This document shows positions 47,449 through 56,667 of a DNA stretch of 56,667 nt, one piece after another (position 1 is the stretch's first letter; each line of letters opens with the position of its first letter). The translations under genes were made by a program, and so were the position numbers. The notes under the pieces are model-generated. The model was not told where the DNA came from. It made no database searches and saw only the letters and a program-made list of their open reading frames with translations. The stretch comes from Octopus bimaculoides. Its lineage: Eukaryota. The stretch covers positions 12,755,396 to 12,812,062 of the forward strand of contig NC_068982.1 in assembly GCF_001194135.2 (NCBI RefSeq). The letters run 5' to 3'.

Positions 47449-48556
47449 CAGGATGCGATTGGTAAATTGTCGCCATTTTATATTTCTAATTTCACACATG
47501 CATATTGCTTGTTTTACAATTTGTCAACTACACAGTATAGTAGGGTCATTTGGGAACTGTACGCGAGAAAAATAACAACATGATACAATTCACTCTGCCA
47601 AAAATTTGGCAATTACATGTTGTACTGCTTGGCATTCATCTGAGGACAGCGCAGAGGATTCAGAAGGAGTTGGATGAGTCTAATGGTGATTACAAAAGTA
47701 TGGCAGCTCAGAAAACTCACTCTGGTCAGTCTGATGAGAAAAGAACTGAATTTGTTGGTGAGTTCCAGGCCATGATTGACAACGATCCCTCCAAGTCAAT
47801 CAGGTCCATCGCCAGGGAGATGGGTGTGTCTGAGTTTCTTATCAGGCAGGTAGGGCATGAAGACATTCGATATTCCTCATACAAGATGAGAAAGGGACAA
47901 TTTTTATCTCAAGTCATCAAGGACAAGAGAAAAGACCACACTATGAAGTTTTTTAACAACCTCAAGCATCACTTCCAACCGAACATGCTTTGGTTTTTCT
48001 CAGATGAGAAAAATTTCTGCCAGGATCAGAGGGTGAACTCACAGAACAACTGTTGGCTTGCCGTGTCCCCAAAACATGTACTGAGAGTGATCAAAATCCA
48101 GCATCCAGTCATCATCATGGTGTTTGGAGTGATCATTAGTGATGGTGATGTTATACCTCCATTCATCTTCCCACATGGCCTCACACTCAACACAGTGACC
48201 TACATCAAGTGCCTGGAGGAGGTAGCGCTGCCCTGGGTCAAGAGGGTGGCTGCTAGAAGACCCTAGGTCTGGCAACAGGACTCTGCACCATGCCACACAA
48301 GCAGGGGATCCCAGTCATGGCTGTCAGACCATTTCTGCAACCACATCACGCTTAACATCTGGCCACCTAACTCCCCAGGCTGCAACCCCCTTGATTAATA
48401 TGTGTGGGATGCAGATGAGTGAGAGACCAACAAAACTCCTTGAAACACCAAAGATGAACTGAAGGCAAGGATTATGGCAGCATTCACCAACTTAAACAAG
48501 GCGACCATCCAGAAGAGTTGAAGAAGATTCCGAAGTCGTTTGGAGGCCGTGGTTGA
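47449..48556 (+). mobile_element. Decayed maT/DD37D Tc1/mariner transposon (right end in gap)
   Basis: TA|CAGGATGCGATTGGTAAATTGTCGCC TIR. FSDEKNF is followed by QQDSAPCH and NPLD with 37 residues between the last two Asp. Several stops are present. Confidence 0.9.
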
Positions 48557-48893
48557 NNNNNNNNNNNNNNNNNNNNNNNNNNNNNNNNNNNNNNNNNNNN
48601 NNNNNNNNNNNNNNNNNNNNNNNNNNNNNNNNNNNNNNNNNNNNNNNNNNNNNNNNNNNNNNNNNNNNNNNNNNNNNNNNNNNNNNNNNNNNNNNNNNNN
48701 NNNNNNNNNNNNNNNNNNNNNNNNNNNNNNNNNNNNNNNNNNNNNNNNNNNNNNNNNNNNNNNNNNNNNNNNNNNNNNNNNNNNNNNNNNNNNNNNNNNN
48801 NNNNNNNNNNNNNNNNNNNNNNNNNNNNNNNNNNNNNNNNNNNNNNNNNNNNNNNNNNNNNNNNNNNNNNNNNNNNNNNNNNNNNNNNNNNNN

Positions 48894-48921
<28 letters not shown>

Positions 48922-48924
<3 letters not shown>

Positions 48925-49129
48925 TTTATCTGTTATCATTTACTTGTTTCAGTCAATAGACTACGACCATACTGGGGCACTGCCTTGAAGAATTCTAGTC
49001 GAATGAATTGACCCCCACCCCGTAAGTGCTTATTATGTTTTTAAGCCTGGTACTTATTGTGTTAGTCTTGTTTGCCAAACTGTTAAGTTACAGGGACGCA
49101 AACACACCAACATCAGTTGTTAACCAGGA

Positions 49130-49166
<37 letters not shown>

Positions 49167-49324
49167 CTACAATGGGCTTCTTTCAATTTCTCTTCACTAA
49201 ATCTACTCACAGGACTTTGGTCAGTGCAAAGCTATAATACAAGACACTTGCCCGAGGTGCTTCGTAGTGAGATTGAACCTGGAACCATGTGGTTGGGAAG
49301 CAAACTTCTTACCACAAAGCCATG
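48922..49324 (-). mobile_element. SINE family A, older copy
   Basis: Reverse-strand homology. Confidence 0.8.
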
Positions 49325-49420
49325 CTATTAATGTTTTTTTATATTTTTCCTAACTTGAAATATTGCACCTTTGCAAATGGTATTACAATTTCACATGAAT
49401 ACAATTTTACATTACTCTGG

Positions 49421-49846
49421 AGCACTAACAGCACCATCCGAGCGTGATCATTGCCAGAGCAGCTGTCTAGCTTCCGTGCTAGTGGCCTATAAATAGCACC
49501 ATTTGAGCGTGATTGTTACCAGCGTCACCTTACTGGCACTTGTGCTGGTGGCACGTTAGAAAATCATTCGAGTGAGGTCATTGCTTGTGCCGCTGGACTG
49601 GCTCCTGTGCAGGTGCCATGTAAAAAACACCATTTTGAGCATGGCCATTGCCAGTACCACCTGACTGGCCTTCGTGCCCGTGGCATGTAAAAGCACCCAC
49701 TACACTCTTGGAGTGGTTGGCATTAGGAAGGGCATCCAGCTGTAGAAACTCTGCCAGATCAGATTGAAGTCTGGTGCAGCCATCCAGTTCACCAGTCCTC
49801 AGTCAAATCGTCCAACCCATGCTAGCATGGAAAGTGGACGTTAAAC

Positions 49847-49884
<38 letters not shown>
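49421..49884 (+). mobile_element. RTE-related retroposon with ~65-bp stem-loop units
   Basis: Homolog of 9595-10133. Confidence 0.85.
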
Positions 49885-49885
<1 letters not shown>

Positions 49886-50842
49886 AATAAATTATTTTTG
49901 AAGTTAGGTATAATTTTTATTTATAAGAATTACAATTGAAATTTGTGCCATTTTTTCTTCTGTGCATTTTTCTTTTACCATATAGTTATACAACCGTTTT
50001 ATTAGATGTCATATGACCAAGTCAATGTAAATACACAAAAAAAAAAAGAATATGTATGAACTGATTATTAGGAAAGGATCCCTGGGAAATCTAAGTGACG
50101 GTTAGAACAGTTGTATATCAAGGCTGCATGATAAAACCTATAGTTGATAACAGAAAATGCAAATATTTCTATTTCCCTAATGTGAACAAGCTGTCAGCAA
50201 TGTCTGAATGACTTTATAGTTTGAGCTGAAGCTTTAAAGTATTCACGCATCAGTTGATATTTGAAATTTATAGCAAATGCAATATGCATTTTATATGTAA
50301 GCTTGCCTGAAGTACTAATTTACCTTAATAAATATTTCCGAAAGGCAATATGCATGCAAAGCATTTCTGCTTTATTTCCTCTACTCTAATAGCATACTAT
50401 GTAAATATTATGTATTACTATAATCATTAGCAAAGCTTGTTGTGTTTGTCAAAGACATATTGGAATTTGAAACTGTTATTAATAAATAAAATAAATAAAC
50501 AAACATGTAGAAACAAAATATGTTATTGATATCTAAGCTTTGGCAGAAAGCCACACATCTTTTGTGAAGAGGTTAACTAATTAAATCGACATCTGTATTT
50601 GAGGGCTACTTTTTTTTTATCCACTTCAGAAGGACGAAATGCAAAGTAGATCATGTGGTGGCGGTGTTTAGAATTTGGAATGTAATTGTCCATATGCCTG
50701 TAGGTACTGGAGTTGTTATCTCTCAATGTGAAGGAGTAATGGCTTGACCTGGAGCAATTCTTTGGTCCTTGAGCCTATCAAGTAACATTACTCCAGGAGA
50801 ATTCTATTTTGGAAACTTGTATTTGCATATGGTTAGAATGTC

Positions 50843-51044
50843 TCTCTTTTACTCTTTTATTTGTTTCAGTCATTTGACTGTGGCCATGCTGGAGCACCGC
50901 CTTTAGTCAAGCAAATCGATCCCAGGACTTATTCTTTGGATGCCTAGTACTTATTCTATCAGTCTCTTTTGCCGAACTGCTAAGTTACGGGGACGTAAAC
51001 ACACCAGCATCGGTTGTCAAGCGATGTTGGAGAGACAACCACAG

Positions 51045-51080
<36 letters not shown>

Positions 51081-51249
51081 ATGTATACGATGGGCTTCTT
51101 TCAGTTTCCGTCTACCAAATCCACTCACAAGACTTTGGTTCTCCCGAGGCTATAGTAGAAGACACTTGCCCAAGGTGCACGCAGTGGGAATGAACCCGGA
51201 ACAATGTAGTTGGTAAGCAAGCTACTTACCACACAGCCACTCCTGCGCC
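50843..51249 (-). mobile_element. SINE family A, full length
   Basis: Starts AGGCGCAGGAGTGGCTGTGTGG on the minus strand. Confidence 0.9.
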
Positions 51250-51314
51250 TTTGAGAAAAGACTCATAGGAACAAATTTTACAGGCAAAGCCAACCAACAG
51301 GATATATAGGGGTT

Positions 51315-51460
51315 GATCTCAGATGAGATGGTCGGATGATATCCTTCACTTCAGTCGATTCTGCTTAGGGATCCAGCTGGAACATTTGTTGGCAGTTGCT
51401 TCTGATAGGATCTCCAGGAGAATTTGTTTGGTAACTTTGTTCCCAGAACCCTCTCAAAAA
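51315..51460 (+). mobile_element. RTE LINE C-terminal remnant
   Basis: Translation RWSDDI...LGIQLEHLLAVASDRISRR. Confidence 0.45.
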
Positions 51461-51494
51461 TAGCGTGCAATGAAGATGGACGAATGGATAATGT

Positions 51495-51660
51495 AATGGT
51501 CTATGACTAAATATTGGTTTCAAATTTTGGCATAAGGCCAGCAATGGAAGTGAGTAAGTCAATTACATCAACTCCTTTAATCAACTGGTAATAATTTTAT
51601 TGACCCCCACAAGAAGATAAAAGTCAAAGATGACCCAAATGGAATTTGATCACTCGACTG
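51495..51660 (-). mobile_element. Nin/Deu-domain-like SINE
   Basis: ATCAACTGGTAATAATTTTATTGACCCC segment homologous to the other copies. Confidence 0.6.
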
Positions 51661-51692
51661 ATCCTACATTATTATCATTATTATTGTTATTG

Positions 51693-51775
<83 letters not shown>

Positions 51776-52067
51776 CTATATATATATAAGTATATATATA
51801 TACATATATATATATACATATANNNNNNNNNNNNNNNNNNNNNNNNNNNNNNNNNNNNNNNNNNNNNNNNNNNNNNNNNNNNNNNNNNNNNNNNNNNNNN
51901 NNNNNNNNNNNNNNNNNNNNNNNNNNNNNNNNNNNNNNNNNNNNNNNNNNNNNNNNNNNNNNNNNNNNNNNNNNNNNNNNNNNNNNNNNNNNNNNNNNNN
52001 NNNNNNNNNNNNNNNNNNNNNNNNNNNNNNNNNNNNNNNNNNNNNNNNNNNNNNNNNNNNNNNNNNN

Positions 52068-52109
<42 letters not shown>

Positions 52110-52452
52110 TACATGTTTCTGTATATATGTGTGTGTGTAAATCTTTTTGAAACTTAACATGTAATTTTCATTTGAAATTTATTGGACATTTAACATATAA
52201 TTTGCGTTTTACATTAAATACATTTTTTTGTAGTGAAATTTTAGTTGCCATGGTTTCCTCTTTTTTCTTTGAAAGAAACGTCCTAAATTGTTTATAATGT
52301 GATATTTGTTTTTTTTTTTTTTCTATTTTTAGCCAACATAGCAGAAGTTAATTACTCAACTAAGTGCAAGACAATTTATACAACTAACAATATATGTAAT
52401 GCCAATAAAATTATTGAATAAATGGGAAACAATATACTTACTTGTGGTATTG

Positions 52453-52809
52453 CGGAGGCGCAATGGCCCAGTGGTTAGGGCAGTGGATTTGCGGTCATAG
52501 GATCGCAGTTTCGATTCCCAGACCGGGCATTGTGAGTGTTTATTGAGCGAAAACACCTAAAGCTCCATGTGGCTCCGACAGGGGATGGTGGTGAATCCTG
52601 CTGTACTCTTTCACTCTTACTTCCTGTTTCTGTTGTGCCTGTAATTCAAAGGGTCAGCCTTGCCACACTCTGAATATCCCCAAGAACTACTTTAAGGGTA
52701 CACATGTCTGTGGAGTGCTCAGCCACTTGCACGTTAATTTCACGAGCAGGCTGTTCCATTGATCGGATCAACTGGAACCCTTGCTGTCGTAAGCAACGGA
52801 GTGCCAACA
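52453..52809 (+). mobile_element. tRNA-head SINE with Meta-domain-like segment, full length
   Basis: 13-bp TSD ACTTGTGGTATTG (52440-52452, 52810-52822). Same head as 11935-12250, but the body contains GTGGAGTGCTCAGCCACTTGCACGTTAATTTCAC. The domain name is from recall. Confidence 0.85.
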
Positions 52810-52876
52810 ACTTGTGGTATTGATTCATAAAATATTTCGGTATGTAATACGGTGCTGCCCTATAATTATTCTAGTA

Positions 52877-53208
52877 CAGTGGTTCTCAACTGGGTCTCCA
52901 TATGGCCCTTGAGGGATCATATAAGATTTTTGGGGCCTCGTACAACAAAATAGTAAATTGGGGATTCACAATATCGTTTTAAGGGCCTGTGAAAACATTT
53001 TGCTATAGATGTGTGTGTATTGGTATGTATTACACGAAACAGGTTTCTTCGTCTCACATTTTACATAGTTCAACCTACAAAAGTTAATGTGTGAAAAGCG
53101 AAATAAAATTAGTTTTTAAATATTGAATGGCTATGGAGTGGGTGGGGGGCACCAGAATAAAATTGCAATCAAAGGGGTCATAGATAATAAAATGGTTGAA
53201 AAACTTTG
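52877..53208. mobile_element. 332-bp hAT (Charlie-like) MITE
   Basis: CAGTGGTTCTCAAC ... GTTGAAAAACTTTG ends, with TSD TTCTAGTA/TTATAGTA (7/8 match). Confidence 0.75.
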
Positions 53209-53234
53209 TTATAGTAGAAAGAACAATGATAGCT

Positions 53235-53236
<2 letters not shown>

Positions 53237-53281
<45 letters not shown>

Positions 53282-53520
53282 TTAACGTCTGCTTTCCATG
53301 CTAGCATGGGTTGGATGATTTGACCGAGGACTGGTGAACCGGATGGCTGCACCAGGCTCCAATCTGATCTTGCAGAGTTTCTACAGCTGGATGCCCTTCC
53401 TAATGCCAACCATTCCGAGAGTGTAGTGGGTGCTTTTACATGCCACTGGCACGAGGGCCAGTCACACGGTACTGGCAACGGCCACGCTCAAAATGGTGTT
53501 TTTTACATGCCGCCTGCACA
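53237..53520 (-). mobile_element. 5'-truncated RTE-related retroposon
   Basis: Reverse complement of the 3' half of 9595-10133 with an (ATC)n tract. Confidence 0.85.
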
Positions 53521-53784
53521 TTCACAATAATACATTAGTGCCTAATTAACTCTTTACCTGTTCTGTGTATCACATGATCACTGTGTCATCTTAGCAGCAT
53601 TATAGGCCCCCTGAGAAAATCAATGCTCTGGACCCTATAATAGTTAGTTATTGATTGGAAGCTACAGCATGGATGGATTAGAGTTGGATCTTTGGACTGT
53701 GAGGATCCTGGGAAAATCAATACATTGGACCCTGTGGTATTTAGTTATGGACTGCAAGCCACATCATGAATAGGTCAGAAAGTG

Positions 53785-54025
53785 GCTGTGAGTTCATTTC
53801 CTGGTGGCATATGGGTTCTTGAGCAAGACACTTTATTTCATGCTATTCTAGTCTACTCAGTTGGCCAAAATGAGTTGTAGCTGTAATTCAATGGGGCAGC
53901 CTTGTCACGCTGAATCTCTCTGAGAATTACATTAATGTTACATGAGTCTGTGGAGTGCTCAGCCACTGGCATGTTAATTTTACATGCAGGCTGTTCCATT
54001 GACTGGAGAAACTGGAAACCCCATT
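53785..54025 (+). mobile_element. Old SINE with CORE-like plus Meta-like segments
   Basis: TTCTTGAGCAAGACACTTTATTTCA followed by GTGGAGTGCTCAGCCACTGGCATGTTAATTTTAC. Confidence 0.6.
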
Positions 54026-55335
54026 ACCTGTAATTCGATCAGAATTGGATCCTTAGACCTGTGAGGCTTCCAGGCCAATAAATGCTATGGGCCATACAAT
54101 ATTTATTTATTGATTGCAAGCTGCAGCAAATATATCAATGAGAATCAGGCCCCTAGACTCATAATTCCACAAGGCAATTGCCTGGTGTGCCTATGCCATC
54201 AGATGGCATTACATATGATACACATTCCTCATTTTTTCGACCAGCCACAGTAACTTGTGATTTATGAAATGAAAGCTTTATATTACTCAGAAAGTAAGGA
54301 ACAAGTGTTAACTAAAAGTCTGTAAGTAAGCATGGACGTTTAGGACAAACATATGAAAATGCTTTGGACAGGTAAAACAATTTTATCTAATAAAATGAAG
54401 TGAGATATTTTTCTTCATTGTAGGTGTCTGACAATAAAGAAACTAAAATATACCTTGAATGGAATTTATTTTAATTTGATATGGTAGTAAATGGTGTACA
54501 GAAAACATTCAGTGATATAGAAAGTGATACCACAGTGTGAGCTACAAAAGGTAAAAAAAAAAAAGACCAAAAATTTATCAAAATACTCCCATAATAAAGA
54601 AATTATATTCAATTATATTCCAGAGTTATACTGAGTGGTAAGAGATTTGATCTGTGATTGTGTGTCGAACTTCGTAATAATAAAAACAAATTACTTCATC
54701 ATGGAGAACTTCATTAGTCATTGAAACACATACCGTTGCGTGCAAGGTAGAACTGATTAGCTTAATGGAAAAAAAACAAAAAAAACTTCAATTATTTTTT
54801 AGTTGTCTTTTACAACTGTGTTACTGTATGGCAATACTACAGAGATTCAATGTTAGTTACATTCAGCTAAGTTTGCAATGATATCATATATATTTCATAC
54901 ATTGTACTGAGTTCACGAAATTAATTATTATTTTTTTTGAGAGATAATCACCATCGTTATTATTGAATGCTCATATATGAACAATCAATAATAATTCAAA
55001 ATATATACACTACATATATAATAGAATCTTTAAAGAAATTCAAAGATAATCACATTTGCCGCACAATCCCATGGCATATCTCTCTATATACCTACCTACC
55101 TACCTACATACGTACGTACGTACGTACATACATACATTCATACATGGTGGTTGTCTACTCCTTACACAGAGTTTGACCACCTCCTGCACCTACACCTTAG
55201 CCTTTTCATGGCGTCTGATGTGGCTTTTTAAACCAGACAATGTTTTGAAAAAACACCCACACAGATTGCACCTCTGATACATACATACATACATACATAC
55301 ATACATACATACACACATACATACATAAATATATA

Positions 55336-56599
55336 CAAGCTGCGGTGAATAAATTGTTGTCTAAATTACACAGAAATGAAAATAACACTGACATCTCATT
55401 TTTAACAGATACATTTACCAAAATTACATAAAAATATCTTGAAATACTAAAGAGTAAATTAATTCAATAGAATCACCATTGGCTTCAATCACGGCCTCCA
55501 GATGACATTGGAATTTCCTGCAACTCTTCTGGATGGTCTCCTTGTTTAAGTTGGTGAATGCTGCCATAATCCTTGCCTTCAGTTCATCTTTGGTATTACA
55601 ATGAGTTTTGTTGGTCTCTCACTCAACTGCATCCCACACATAATAATCAAGGGGGTTGCAGTATGTGGAGTTAGGTGGCCAGATGTTAAGGGTGATGTAG
55701 TCACAGAAATTGTCTGACAGCCATGACTGGGTTCTCCTGCTTGTGTGGCAAGGTGCAGAGTCCTGTTGCTAGACATGGGGTCCTCCAGCAGCCACCCTGT
55801 TCACCCAGGGCAGCGCTACCTCCTCTAGGCACTTAAAGTAGGCTTCTGTGTTGAGTTTAAGATCATGTGGGAAGATGAAGGGAGGCCTCACTCCAAGCAA
55901 CATGATGTTGACTGGATGTTTGATTTTGATCACTCTCAGTACATGTTTTGAGGGCATGGCAAGCCAACAGCTGTTCTGTGAGTTCACCCTCTGATCCTGG
56001 CAGGAATTTTTCTCGTCTGAGAAAGACCAAAACATGTTTGGTTGGAGGGAATGCTTGAGTTTGTTCAAAAGCATGGTCTTTCCTCTTGTCCTTGACGGCT
56101 TGGGATAAAAATTGGCCCTTTCTCATCTTGTGTGAGGAATATCGAATGTCTTCATGTAATACCTGCCTGATAAGAGACTCAGACACTCCCATGTCCCTAG
56201 TGATGGACTTGATTAACCTGGGGGAATCGTCAATCATGGCCTGGAACTCACCAACAAATTCAGGTGTTCTTTTCTCATCAGAGCAAGTTTTCAAAGCTGC
56301 TGTACCTTCGTTATCACCATTAGACTCATCCAACAATTTCCAAATATTCTACACTATCTTCAGATTGACACCCAAACACAGTGAAATGTTCGTATTGGAG
56401 GTTCTGGTGTGACTGCCGAGCAGTACAACATGCTGTTTCCAATTTTCTGGCAGATTGAATTGCGTCATGTTGGTGTTTTTCCCACAGATGGTGCTCAACT
56501 GCCCCTACTATCTTGTGTAGTCGACAAAATGAACAACAAACAATGCACACAATTGAAATAAAAAATATAAAATGGCAACAATTTACAACTCGCACTCTG
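55336..56599 (-). mobile_element. Near full-length (1264 bp) decayed maT/DD37D Tc1/mariner transposon
   Basis: TA at 55334-55335 and 56600-56601, imperfect ~26-bp TIRs (CAAGCTGCGGTGAATAAATTGTTGTC and CAGAGTGCGAGTTGTAAATTGTTGCC), and SDEKN, QQDSAPCH and NPLDYYVW motifs broken by frameshifts and stops. Confidence 0.9.
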
Positions 56600-56614
56600 T
56601 ATACACACACACAC

Positions 56615-56667
<53 letters not shown>

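Overview
AT-rich, repeat-dominated animal genomic DNA with nine N-gaps, mostly at (TA)n tracts. It is most likely intronic or intergenic sequence of an octopod cephalopod; this is an inference from my recognition of the SINE and microsatellite landscape, not from a search. No complete gene, no intact rRNA or tRNA gene and no CRISPR array is supportable, and almost all entries in the ORF track are microsatellite, gap or antisense-repeat artefacts. The window holds about 12 copies of a tRNA-head/CORE-like SINE, several Nin/Deu-like, V-like and Meta-like SINEs, and RTE, CR1-type and R4/Dong-like (RLE) LINE remnants. It also holds three decayed DD37D (maT-type) Tc1/mariner transposons and MITEs of hAT, Tc1/mariner, pogo-like, piggyBac-like and Merlin-like type. 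Two short + strand exon candidates lie at 39.5 kb and 45.4 kb. The two most interesting structures are (1) a Penelope-like element end in which the endonuclease C-terminus runs into a tRNA-like Pol III promoter, then (TAA)n, then a minimal hammerhead ribozyme motif, with a TSD-flanked fold-back copy of the same terminal repeat 2.2 kb away, and (2) two near-identical Merlin-like MITEs, one of which carries a central back-to-back (CCCTAA)4-(TTAGGG)6 telomeric palindrome bounded by TTAA.
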